Positions 43,391 through 52,851 of a stretch of 59,680 nt of DNA are shown here, in pieces (position 1 is the first letter of the stretch; each line of letters opens with the position of its first letter). Under the pieces are notes generated by a model. That model did not search any database and had not been told where the DNA came from. It was given only the letters and a program-made list of their open reading frames with translations. A program made the translations under genes and the position numbers. The stretch is from a virus (Duplodnaviria > Caudoviricetes), in the IMG/VR virus record IMGVR_UViG_3300032011_000009, positions 1-59,680 of that record; one strand, 5' to 3'.

Positions 43391-46300
43391 TTAGAAGCCC
43401 TTCAAACCATGCTTACTATCGATTGCAGCATTAACGGCTCTTGCGAATTCGTCACCATCAAGTTCCAAAACAATATCTTGTCCCTTCTTCTCTTTTGAGC
43501 CGGCTGAACTCTTCTCGCCCAGCACCTGTCGAAGCGCCTCAACAAAGGCGTCCTTAGACGGTTCCTTCATTTCTCTTTGAGCAGATGCGTACTCTCTCGC
43601 TGCCTTTGCCATGCCCTCAACGTTTTCTACGACCTCTGGAGTCAACTGTACTGAGGAATCAATAAGGCTTGCCAAGCTATCCGCAGTCACGCTGAAAGCC
43701 AAGGCTTTTTCTTCCGGAATGGTAGCGAGTGCGCGTCCAATAGCCCAGATGCCCCATGCCAAGTCCCATAAGGTGTCTGCAGTTTCATCCAGATCTGTGA
43801 AGCCTGCCAATCCTTGGAAAATTTGCCCTAAAGCAACTGCTTTTTCTGCGGAGATGGTGCTCATCGCCCCTGCAAATGCATACAATGCTTTTGTAAGGGT
43901 GTCCAGTCCTTTGTCGAAGAACGGTAGGCTCGCATAAACGCCGAGTTTAAACAAGCCCCAGCCGAGCGCAGGAAGCGCCCATGCTAAGGCTCTTAGCCCG
44001 TCTGCCATGGGTGCCATCTTATCTGTGTAGGGTGCCATGACAGCTAGAGCGTTCGCAAACATCATGAGAGGTACCGCAAGCATCATCATCGCCCACGCAG
44101 TCATAACCGCAGCCACCAGTAGCAATGGACCGGCAACAATAAGTGCGATAGCAGCGAAGAATAGCCCGGTAGCAAACTCTGCCAGCGACCAACCCAAGCC
44201 CGATACCAGATCAAGGTCCATAGCCATCCACGGTGCTACGCCCATTGCCAGCCAAAGCAAGCCAATACCAGCGGTCAAGCCACCGATCATAAGCATCGGA
44301 CCTGAGAACATTAGGAAGAAGCCTGTTCTCATGAAGCCGTCTGTCATCGCATCTAGAGTCTTTCCAAGTGTTGCCAGCTTCGCAAAGTCCATAGACATCC
44401 ATGGCTTAACTCCTAATAGAAGTATGAGCAAGCCTGCCGTTGCGGGAATCGCACCCCACATCAAAAAGTATCCGCCGATGAGTAGAGCGATACCGGCAGG
44501 AATGAGCAGCCAGCCAAATGCTATCAAAGAGAAGCCAAGCTCAATCATATTCTCAAAGCCTATTTTCTTAAACGCGCTGATGCCTTTGGCTAGAACTATC
44601 AATCCTGCGCCTAAGATTAGCGAGGCGATGCCGACCAAGGTGCCGCCGATAAGGAAAGGAACAGCAGCATATATCAAGCCGATACCAAACACAAACAGCA
44701 TATAAGTAAGCTCCCACATCGCCTCAAACATCCCGCGCTTGGTAAAGCCTTCGATACCTTTAGCCAGCATTTGCAGACCAAAGCCCAAGAGCAGTGCCGG
44801 GATGCCGATTAGCGTAGCGCCGATGAGGAACGGAACAGCAGCATACATTAATCCATAGCCGAAAAGAACCAACATGAAAGTCAGCCCAAGCATTGCCTCA
44901 AACATTCCTCGTTTAGTGAAGCCTTCAATACCTTTAGCCAACGCTTGCAATCCGAAGCCCAACAGCAGGGCACCTATGCCCACTAGCCCGCCACCAATGA
45001 TGAATGGTATAGCAGCATACATCAAAGCGTAGCCAAAGGGAATGAGAGCAAGACCAAGACCAATCATCTGCATAATCGGGAAGTCGTCGATACCCTCTTT
45101 AAGAGCCTTGAATCCTTGTCCCAAGAACCAAGCTGCGATACCAAAGACAAGAGCAGCGCCAGACAACTGCAGCAAGCCAAGAGCGACTGGAGCCATCATC
45201 GGCGCAACTGGTGCTAAGATGGCGACGAACATAGCGATACCCATTGCCAACATCGGAAGCGCAATCATAGATGCAGCACCAAAGCCGATCAAGCCAAGCA
45301 GTGCCGGCGCAATGGCATCAGTCATCTCCATCATTGCGATAACCAAGTCTTTAAGCGCCCAAACCAGCGCAACAACAGCGATGATGGGAGCAGCAATAGC
45401 TATTGCTAAGCCAAAAATAGCCAAAGCAATAGCAGTAATCATGGGAATCAGCGGCGCCATGGCAATTGATAGCGCAGTCATCGAGGCAGCTAGTCCAACG
45501 GTGGCACCGCCGGCGCCAGTGGCGGCAGTGGCTTCTGCTGTTTCTGCAGCGGCGGCACCAAAGAAGGCGGCTATTGAGCCAGTCTTCGCAAGGTTCACTA
45601 ATGCAGTCTTTGCTGCCAGAATCCCTTGCCAGAACGCCATGATTTTGATGCGGTAGTGGGCTATAGCCATAACCCCCAGCAGAGCAATCAATGTAGGGAC
45701 CAGAAAGCCGCCCATCATATCGTTCAACTGTAAGAAGCCGTCAAGCATCCAGTGGATAGCACTAACAATCGGAGCAACTGCTACAGCAAACTGCTCCATG
45801 ATGCGAGTGAGTTTTTCTTTCATGCTGGCTGCAGCAGCGGCACGTTCTTCTAGCTTCTTCTGTGCCTCAGCGTTGTTCTCAATTTTCGCTTGTGCTTTGT
45901 CGTATTCTGAGAGGCTTTGTCCGAAAAGTTTACTAGCCTCTGTCATGTCTTGAATGCCTGCTGCGTTTGCAACGGCGATTTTCTCAAACTTGTTCATCGA
46001 ATCCCAACTCTTGCCGGAAAGCTGAATAGACTGAATCAGTAGGCGTACTCTCTCCTCTTCAGAGGCGTTCAGGAGTTCCATTGAGTCGAGCACACCGCCG
46101 CCGAGAATAGCATTAAGCTTTCCGGCTGATTGCGCTGCGCCCTCAAATGTGTCAAACTGAGTAGTGATACCAAGAAGCGTCTGCATCTCGATACCAGTAG
46201 CCTTGGCTGCTGCTGCGACTTCCTTGAACACTTGGGTTGCTTCATCGCCGTATGCGGTGAAGACATCTGCGTTCGCTGCAAAGTCTTTAGAGATCTTGCC

Positions 46301-47239
46301 AGCACTCACACCCAAATCAGCAGCCATGGCAGCGAAATCTTTCTGTACTGCAATAGCCTGTTGTGCGCTCATGCCAAGAGACTTATTAAGGATCTCGAAG
46401 TTTGCCGCCGTAGTCGCCGAGTCAATACCCAGCCCTTTTAGTTGCGCCGTTGCTTCAACTAGCTGTCCTTGCGCCTCTTCTGTCATCTCAGTGAACTGGC
46501 TCATGCCGGTATAGAGTTCTTTGACAGCTTCGCCGGCATCTTCCATGCTGACATTCCATTCAGCGTTGTGCTGCATGGTGTCCATAATCATGTCGTTGTA
46601 TTCGCCAGTACCATTAGTAAGCTTGTTGACCGACGAGAACTGAGCGTCTGCGGAAATCACCATAGCCGCAGTTGCCTCTTGAACCTTCATCAAAGATGAG
46701 CCTAACATGTTGGCGACACTAAACTGCTCAGCAAGAGCGCTCGCTACCGCTTCCATGGACTCTTCAATGCCACCGTCTAAGAATGCACCGAAGAGCCCTG
46801 ACCGCCAGTCAGCGGATACGCCAGTGAGCGTCTTTGCATACGACTGTGCGAGTCCAGCAGCCTTGGCTTGCGCCTTGATCATCTTCTGCATGGCTGTGAG
46901 TTCGTCTAGACGAGCTTGGAGCGCTGCTTTAATCGCCGGATCTGTCGCAGCCTTAATCTTCGCTTCAAGAATCGACTGTTCTTTTTCATTTTCAAGTTCT
47001 TTGAGGCGCAGATTAGCCTTGGTCAACTGACCTTGCTTCTTAGCTTGATCTAAGTTCTTCTTGATCGTTTGCGAATACTTGTCAAGCTGTTCCCATTGGG
47101 CGTTTGCAGCCGCCATGTCCGCAACAAACTGCGGACCCATCTCCAACAATGAATCCTTGATGTCAGCGGCGTCCACCTTCATGCGAGATAGCATGTCGGC
47201 GGCTTGTTTTAGTATTTTTGGATCTGGGGTATCAGCCAT
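43391..47239 (-). CDS. Tape measure protein
   Basis: 1282 aa, Ala-rich and helical with a long hydrophobic repeat region; positioned after the tube and chaperone genes. Confidence 0.85.
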   Translation of the reverse strand: MADTPDPKILKQAADMLSRMKVDAADIKDSLLEMGPQFVADMAAANAQWEQLDKYSQTIKKNLDQAKKQGQLTKANLRLKELENEKEQSILEAKIKAATDPAIKAALQARLDELTAMQKMIKAQAKAAGLAQSYAKTLTGVSADWRSGLFGAFLDGGIEESMEAVASALAEQFSVANMLGSSLMKVQEATAAMVISADAQFSSVNKLTNGTGEYNDMIMDTMQHNAEWNVSMEDAGEAVKELYTGMSQFTEMTEEAQGQLVEATAQLKGLGIDSATTAANFEILNKSLGMSAQQAIAVQKDFAAMAADLGVSAGKISKDFAANADVFTAYGDEATQVFKEVAAAAKATGIEMQTLLGITTQFDTFEGAAQSAGKLNAILGGGVLDSMELLNASEEERVRLLIQSIQLSGKSWDSMNKFEKIAVANAAGIQDMTEASKLFGQSLSEYDKAQAKIENNAEAQKKLEERAAAAASMKEKLTRIMEQFAVAVAPIVSAIHWMLDGFLQLNDMMGGFLVPTLIALLGVMAIAHYRIKIMAFWQGILAAKTALVNLAKTGSIAAFFGAAAAETAEATAATGAGGATVGLAASMTALSIAMAPLIPMITAIALAIFGLAIAIAAPIIAVVALVWALKDLVIAMMEMTDAIAPALLGLIGFGAASMIALPMLAMGIAMFVAILAPVAPMMAPVALGLLQLSGAALVFGIAAWFLGQGFKALKEGIDDFPIMQMIGLGLALIPFGYALMYAAIPFIIGGGLVGIGALLLGFGLQALAKGIEGFTKRGMFEAMLGLTFMLVLFGYGLMYAAVPFLIGATLIGIPALLLGFGLQMLAKGIEGFTKRGMFEAMWELTYMLFVFGIGLIYAAVPFLIGGTLVGIASLILGAGLIVLAKGISAFKKIGFENMIELGFSLIAFGWLLIPAGIALLIGGYFLMWGAIPATAGLLILLLGVKPWMSMDFAKLATLGKTLDAMTDGFMRTGFFLMFSGPMLMIGGLTAGIGLLWLAMGVAPWMAMDLDLVSGLGWSLAEFATGLFFAAIALIVAGPLLLVAAVMTAWAMMMLAVPLMMFANALAVMAPYTDKMAPMADGLRALAWALPALGWGLFKLGVYASLPFFDKGLDTLTKALYAFAGAMSTISAEKAVALGQIFQGLAGFTDLDETADTLWDLAWGIWAIGRALATIPEEKALAFSVTADSLASLIDSSVQLTPEVVENVEGMAKAAREYASAQREMKEPSKDAFVEALRQVLGEKSSAGSKEKKGQDIVLELDGDEFARAVNAAIDSKHGLKGF

Positions 47240-47270
47240 TCGCTAGCGATCTCCTTGGGGGATTCTCGGC

Positions 47271-47636
47271 TTACTTAAATGGCCAATCGATGCCCGTACT
47301 GCGCTCAAACTTTTTCACTGCGCCACGGAGCGCGTACTTGCTACGATACGTGCGCGGATCATCCAAGCCGTATTTCGCATAATCTTTGTAATATCTTTTT
47401 TCACCTGCTAGGGTGCGAGCAAAATCTTTTACTTGTCTCTTATTGCCTCGCACAATCAAGGGCACTTTTGCGCCACCGAACATGCGTTGCATGATCATTT
47501 TGATGCCGCCACCAAACATCGACAAAAAACTTTCGTTCATTTCGCCATTCTCGGCTGCGCCCAAGTCAATAATAATAGGAGCCAAGTCGCCGCTGTCTTC
47601 CATGGATAGTCCTCCAGATGATTCTAATAGTATCAT
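47271..47636 (-). CDS. Hypothetical protein between chaperone and tape measure
   Basis: 121 aa; ACTATTTA 3 nt before the ATG; LLE and MNE motifs. Confidence 0.75.
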   Translation of the reverse strand: MILLESSGGLSMEDSGDLAPIIIDLGAAENGEMNESFLSMFGGGIKMIMQRMFGGAKVPLIVRGNKRQVKDFARTLAGEKRYYKDYAKYGLDDPRTYRSKYALRGAVKKFERSTGIDWPFK

Positions 47637-47639
47637 CAG

Positions 47640-47647
47640 TAAATAGT
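47640..47647 (-). promoter_or_regulatory. Putative late-promoter motif ACTATTTA
   Basis: Immediately after a terminator and 3 nt before the ATG at 47636. Confidence 0.65.
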
Positions 47648-47652
47648 TAAGT

Positions 47653-47690
47653 AAAAAAGAAAAAGGACCGGGTTTTAATTCCGGTCCTTT
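47653..47690 (-). terminator. Intrinsic terminator
   Basis: AAAGGACCGG/CCGGTCCTTT stem followed by TCTTTTTT on the minus strand. Confidence 0.8.
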
Positions 47691-47705
47691 AAAAAAGCAG
47701 CCCAG

Positions 47706-47960
47706 TTATCTGCTGGGCTTGCTTACACTTGGCATGCTTGGTCTGCTCATAGACGGCATACTGGATGATCCCTTGGTTTGGGATTTTTTCATCTGTTCTG
47801 CTTCATCTTTAAACTGCTTCTGCAATCGCTCCATGAACCAGCGGCGTAGTTTTACTGGGAGGTTATATGCCTCGATGAAACTCCAGCCTCCGTGATATTT
47901 GAGCAAGAAAAATTGTTCATATACCTGTGCTATGTACTCATGACTTAGGCCAAAAAAAGT
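47706..47960 (-). CDS. Tail-assembly chaperone extension (probable frameshift product)
   Basis: FFGLSHEYIAQVYEQFFLLKYHGGWSFIEAYNLPVKLRRWF begins at the T7 run; no convincing start or RBS of its own. Confidence 0.6.
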   Translation of the reverse strand, partial: TFFGLSHEYIAQVYEQFFLLKYHGGWSFIEAYNLPVKLRRWFMERLQKQFKDEAEQMKKSQTKGSSSMPSMSRPSMPSVSKPSR

Positions 47961-48855
47961 CCGCAGTGAACGGCACCTCCATGTCCTGTTCATATCCACA
48001 AGCCTCGCATGCGAAGTGTTGTCTCAAATCATAATTCGGCATTAGTGCAGCATAAGCGCTTCTCAAAAATCGAGAATCCGATGCTGGCATTGCATTCACA
48101 AATCCATAAATGTGCTGCATTAGGGTACTTCCATTGACTGCTGTAATGTACGTTCTCATTTGATCCGTCATTTGAGTGTCATGTCCTAAAAGTTCTTTTC
48201 TGGTGTTCTTGGCGCTCTTTTGCGCTTTCTGCATGCTCTTAGCCATTTGTGCCTCGTCGTGCCCGTTTAGCATACGGACTGTGACCACCACCTCAGACTT
48301 AGGCAAGGTGATATTAAATGTAAGATCCTCGTTTTTTGACACTAGGTTCTTATGCTCCTCGGAATCGAAGTATTCTGTATCAAATCCAGTTGCTACACCG
48401 TTCTCCAAAGTAAATTCATACTCTTGAGTGGTGGAACACGCTGGGCACTGAGTCTTGGTCTTGTACTCTGAGCCATAACCAGAGATTCGTGCTGCCACAA
48501 GGATAGCGTTCTTGTCTCCTGTTAGTAAGCCCTCTACTTTGACGCGCTTATCAACAATAATGTTCTGCAAGAACCGGTTGATTGCTACGCCCTTCTTAAG
48601 CAAAGCCCTAGACGTAAGAATATCCTCGTCCTTTGCGGTCATGTACTTAATCTCCAAGGTGTCAACGCCGCAAAGCGGATGATCCTCGGCATAGTACGCG
48701 CCGGCGGATGGAAGTTCTACGAACTCGGTTGGGACTACAAAGTTTAGTTGTCCCGCTGGTGTTGGGGTGGGCTGCGCAGCAGCCTCTTGAACGGCTGCAG
48801 TCGCATCGGGATGTTCCCGGGCGGCTGTCCGTTCGTCGTTGTTACGACCTGACAT
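47938..48855 (-). CDS. Tail/baseplate assembly chaperone (T4 gp26/gp51-like)
   Basis: VELPSAG..Y, MTAKDEDIL, GDKNAILVAARISGYG, two CxxC pairs and terminal DFFWP; GGAGG RBS. Confidence 0.8.
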   Translation of the reverse strand: MSGRNNDERTAAREHPDATAAVQEAAAQPTPTPAGQLNFVVPTEFVELPSAGAYYAEDHPLCGVDTLEIKYMTAKDEDILTSRALLKKGVAINRFLQNIIVDKRVKVEGLLTGDKNAILVAARISGYGSEYKTKTQCPACSTTQEYEFTLENGVATGFDTEYFDSEEHKNLVSKNEDLTFNITLPKSEVVVTVRMLNGHDEAQMAKSMQKAQKSAKNTRKELLGHDTQMTDQMRTYITAVNGSTLMQHIYGFVNAMPASDSRFLRSAYAALMPNYDLRQHFACEACGYEQDMEVPFTADFFWPKS

Positions 48856-48922
48856 TAATCCTCCAATATGGTTTTAGTATATAATACTTAGTCAGTTTAT
48901 TAAAATGTTTTTTTAAAAATGA

Positions 48923-49546
48923 TCAGCTTGGTCCCGGGAAGACACTGCGTCCGGATGATCTCCAGCCTGCGCCGGCACCTGCGCCGTCGCCGCCGTTGTC
49001 GCCACCAAGTTCTGCCCAATCGTAGCGAACCTTAACGGTGATTTCTGCGATGTCATCAGACTCATAATCAAGATCGCCAAAGGAAACTTCTTTGATCCAT
49101 GCGTTCTTAAGATACCATGATTCGATAGTAGTAACCCCTTCGCCGTCAGAAGACTCGCCAGAGATCATCTCAATGGTAAGACCGCCCAAAGCGGCAACTG
49201 CAGACTCTTTCGTGATAGTCTGTGCCGCATGCGCCTCGGTATCGGGAAGCTTGTAGCCTGCCATGTCGATGATCTTCAAAATGTTCTTTGCCGCATCCGG
49301 GTTAACAGGATCGACAAGAGTAAACTCTACTTCGTTGTATTCCATTCGTCCCGGGTAATAGAAAGAATGGTTAATATAACTATGCTTTACCTCTGAAACT
49401 GTAAAGGTGGGCTTAGTCACCTTCTTGATAATCCAAGCTGGGATGGTTACATCCGAATGGGGACCGCTATCGTCTGGGCTGATGCTCAGTATCCACCTAA
49501 ATTTTCTCTTGGGTTCAGTTGTAGTGCTGCTCCAAAAATCTGACAT
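48923..49546 (-). CDS. Tail tube protein (gp19-like)
   Basis: Follows the sheath; EPKRKFRW, KPTF, YYPGR, W.LKNAWIK.V.FGDLDY and VRYDWA. Confidence 0.85.
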   Translation of the reverse strand: MSDFWSSTTTEPKRKFRWILSISPDDSGPHSDVTIPAWIIKKVTKPTFTVSEVKHSYINHSFYYPGRMEYNEVEFTLVDPVNPDAAKNILKIIDMAGYKLPDTEAHAAQTITKESAVAALGGLTIEMISGESSDGEGVTTIESWYLKNAWIKEVSFGDLDYESDDIAEITVKVRYDWAELGGDNGGDGAGAGAGWRSSGRSVFPGPS

Positions 49547-49606
49547 TTGTTAAATCCTCCGAATGATTCTTCGTGAACCTCTTGTGGGTTCTATTTTCTT
49601 CTATAA

Positions 49607-49614
49607 TAAGTAGT
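49607..49614 (-). promoter_or_regulatory. Putative late-promoter motif ACTACTTA
   Basis: Intergenic, upstream of the tail tube gene. Confidence 0.65.
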
Positions 49615-49648
49615 GAAACGATTGGGAAAACCCCGACCGTTTTCTGGT

Positions 49649-52648
49649 TTAGTCATCAAATGCTGCGCCGGAATCCGTGATAACGAAGTCGATGGCGATG
49701 AACTCGATTGCCTTCGCAGGCTTCAAGTAGATCTTAGCATACATGATATTTCTATCAATAAGATCTGGAGTGGTTGTGTTTTCATCCAAGATGATCTTGA
49801 AGTCCATGAGTCCGAGTCGCGACTTGACGCTTCCCAAGAAAGGAGAGACCTTAGAGGTGAACTTCTTCCATGTGGACTTAACGTTCTGGTCGAAGAGCAA
49901 CGTTGCCGCCATTCTTGAGACCTCGCGCTTGACGAAAATCATCAAGCGACGTACGTTAATACGGTCAAGTGCTGACTGGGTAACCTGAAGCGTCTTCTGA
50001 CCGAAGATTACGATGCCCTCTGCAGGGAACTGCGCAATCGGGTTGATGTTCGCATCGTAGAGGGAATCTCTTTCCTTGGAAGTCAAGCGTTCGCTGACTG
50101 CAAGGACGGGAAGACCGCCGCGACCCTCTGACAAACCGCCTCGGGTGAAGCCAGCAGGAGCAAACCAAAGCTCCTGAGTCTTCTGACCATATGACATGGC
50201 ACCGAGAGCAACAACGGAGGGCGGAACCCAAACGCGCTGCGCAGTTTGCGGATCTGAAATCTGGACCCATGGGAAGTAGCAGGCTCCATAACTGGAGTTA
50301 AGACCGCGTGTTCTCATGTTGCTGACAGCGGTGGTGATGTTTGCACCACGGTTCTCAGCAGACTTAGTAGATTCAGTCTTGGGAGTATATGCGTTAGCAA
50401 TATCAATAATCGCCAAGCAGTCTCCACGATCCTCTGCCGTGTTAATAGCATGGTTAGTCAAGCCGGTGTGAGTAACGCCCGGGATAGCCAACAGGTCCAT
50501 ATCAATAACCTCAGGATCGGCGACCATATCAATAGCCTTCTTGATTGAGTAATATGCATAGTTGGTAGTCTCGGCAGCATTGCTGGCAAGAGTAACGTTG
50601 TTGAACGGCTCTGACTGTTTAACATCTACGCCCTCGAATCCACCGTACATTGGAAGAACGAAGCGGTTTGCGCCGGCGTCCAGTGGTCCCTTGTAGGAAG
50701 AACTAGCAGCGGTCAGCGAGGTACCTGCAAGGCGTGAGCCGGAGAGGTAAGTGCTGTGCATCGCTTGTCCTGAGTTTGTTGACTTGATGTCATCAAGTGT
50801 GAAGTAGAAAGACACTTCGGTGTCCGCTGAAGCGGCAGCGTCATATGAGTTTACGCCGTAAGGAAGTGCGCGGACGGTATCGCCCCAACTGGTTTCAAAC
50901 AGAATGTCTGAGTCTTCACGGGTTGAGTCAACACCCCAGTATGCGTTTCTCGCGTCGGACAAACCACCGTTAGAGGATGATTGTCTGAGATACAACTGCG
51001 GGTAGACGTAAGAACCACTGAAACCAACTTCTCCCAAGTTGCCGGAGACGTGTACTAGGACCGAGCCAGAGTGAACGCCACCCGCCCAGCCACCAGCGCT
51101 GTCGGGGTCACCGTTGCCCACCTCAGAACCGGGTTCGCCTGAACCTCCGTCCTTGCCGAATACGTTCTGGTAAGCGTTACCGAAATCGTTACCCGGGTTG
51201 GCTACCATTGTTGTTCCGCCGTCAGTTGCTACGGCTGCAGCGACTGAACCAGAGTTAATGGAGAACCCAATGAACCGGGGAGGTCCGTAGAAGCCGAATG
51301 GAAGCAGAAGCTGATCTGCTGTTCCAATCTCGACCGCGTTGTTGAGTTCTACACGAATAAACCTAGACATGTTGGGGTGCTCACCGTATTCTCTATAACG
51401 CTTTTCGGTGTCGCTCCACTTCTGTCGTCTGTCGCCAATCTTACGACCAATAAAGTTCGTAGAGAATGGGTTCAGGTTACATCCTGAGAATCTTTCAACG
51501 ATCTGGACGGAGTTATCAAGGTCATCTGATTTGCGGAGAACAACATCAAACGAGCCGTACTTATCATAGTCGTTCGCAGAAACCTTAATAGATTGAATAG
51601 CAATCTTAAGGTTCTTCTGTTCCCACTCACCGGGTGAGAGAGTAACAAAGCGGAACAACTTCTGCATGTTAGTAGGATCGTAGGAGCCGTAGTTGGTGGT
51701 CAAGTCCTGACCGAATACCCAACCAGACTTGGCTTCCTTTGCCGCCATCGTCTGTACACCGGGGGTGTAGCTGCCAAGCTTCATCGGGGCAACGAAACCA
51801 TAGTACTGACCGCTAGCGCCATCGCTGATATCTGCGGTGCCAGCCTCGCCGGTATAACCGGAAGCCTGCTGTCCACACTGCTCGACCAAGTGGCGGTCGA
51901 AAGTCTCGCCAAGCCAGTAGTGATGGTCGCCAGAGTTAGTGCCCTGATCGGTGATCTGATCGTTGACCGTCATGGGGTTCGTGTTGAACACGTTTCTAAT
52001 GTATTTTGCAGAAGTTCTGTTAAAGTTGAATGCTGTCTCATGACGCACAGTTGAGCCGGTCATAACTTGAGCGGTGAATCCTGCATATGCTGCATTAGAC
52101 TCAACCAACACGTTAGAACCAGAAACGGTAACGTCGTCCTCGGTGGAGCCAGCGCATGTACCCTTGAGGGCAAGCTCGCCGTTCTTCAAGTAGAAGATGG
52201 CTGCTAGACAACCCTTGTTAGCAGTAGTGCCTGAGCCGGAGTTGGCAATAAAGAGCCCATAAGCACCGCCGTCAGTACCAACAGTGCCATTTGACCAGCC
52301 TGCGTATCCAGACGAGGTAGCATCCTCATGCTGCTCGCCAACCAGACGAACGATAGTACAGGCGTTGGTGTTTCGCAACCATGCTTGTGCGGCATATGCA
52401 GCATAGGTCGGACCTACATTGTTGCCGTCGCGCCATACGTCGTCTCCTTGTCGTCCACCGACTGGTGAACCGAATACTTCAATGAAGTCTGAAAATGATG
52501 TGATTCGAGTGGGACGCATTGATGGTCCTCTCGCTGTGCGTCCAATAATAACTGGACCGATAGGATCAGCCGGTCGGGGAAGTTGTGAGTTATCGATCTC
52601 ATTAACAAACACACCGGGTGAAACAAACTTAAACTTGGTTACTGACAT
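49649..52648 (-). CDS. Contractile tail sheath protein (gp18-like)
   Basis: SPGVFVNEID, WFAPAGFTRG, INPIAQFP, GQKTLQ, ALDRINVRRL and P.KAIEFIAIDF. Confidence 0.95.
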   Translation of the reverse strand: MSVTKFKFVSPGVFVNEIDNSQLPRPADPIGPVIIGRTARGPSMRPTRITSFSDFIEVFGSPVGGRQGDDVWRDGNNVGPTYAAYAAQAWLRNTNACTIVRLVGEQHEDATSSGYAGWSNGTVGTDGGAYGLFIANSGSGTTANKGCLAAIFYLKNGELALKGTCAGSTEDDVTVSGSNVLVESNAAYAGFTAQVMTGSTVRHETAFNFNRTSAKYIRNVFNTNPMTVNDQITDQGTNSGDHHYWLGETFDRHLVEQCGQQASGYTGEAGTADISDGASGQYYGFVAPMKLGSYTPGVQTMAAKEAKSGWVFGQDLTTNYGSYDPTNMQKLFRFVTLSPGEWEQKNLKIAIQSIKVSANDYDKYGSFDVVLRKSDDLDNSVQIVERFSGCNLNPFSTNFIGRKIGDRRQKWSDTEKRYREYGEHPNMSRFIRVELNNAVEIGTADQLLLPFGFYGPPRFIGFSINSGSVAAAVATDGGTTMVANPGNDFGNAYQNVFGKDGGSGEPGSEVGNGDPDSAGGWAGGVHSGSVLVHVSGNLGEVGFSGSYVYPQLYLRQSSSNGGLSDARNAYWGVDSTREDSDILFETSWGDTVRALPYGVNSYDAAASADTEVSFYFTLDDIKSTNSGQAMHSTYLSGSRLAGTSLTAASSSYKGPLDAGANRFVLPMYGGFEGVDVKQSEPFNNVTLASNAAETTNYAYYSIKKAIDMVADPEVIDMDLLAIPGVTHTGLTNHAINTAEDRGDCLAIIDIANAYTPKTESTKSAENRGANITTAVSNMRTRGLNSSYGACYFPWVQISDPQTAQRVWVPPSVVALGAMSYGQKTQELWFAPAGFTRGGLSEGRGGLPVLAVSERLTSKERDSLYDANINPIAQFPAEGIVIFGQKTLQVTQSALDRINVRRLMIFVKREVSRMAATLLFDQNVKSTWKKFTSKVSPFLGSVKSRLGLMDFKIILDENTTTPDLIDRNIMYAKIYLKPAKAIEFIAIDFVITDSGAAFDD

Positions 52649-52742
52649 TACGCTTAATCTCCTGCATTAATACTTTAGTCCCTTTTTAGAACAGGGGCTT
52701 TTATGTTCTTCATACAGCTTCTTTGTCGCCATATTTCACTAA

Positions 52743-52750
52743 TAAATAGT
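52743..52750 (-). promoter_or_regulatory. Putative late-promoter motif ACTATTTA
   Basis: Intergenic, between a terminator and the sheath gene. Confidence 0.65.
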
Positions 52751-52799
52751 TCCCGATATCGCCAACGGACATGAAAGAATAGAAATCTTATACGCAACG

Positions 52800-52827
52800 A
52801 AAGAAGGGGTCCGACAAGCGGACCCCC
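52800..52827 (-). terminator. Intrinsic terminator after the 944-aa gene
   Basis: GGGGTCCG/CGGACCCC stem followed by TTCTTT. Confidence 0.75.
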
Positions 52828-52851
52828 TCAGGAACAAATCCCTACTTAATC

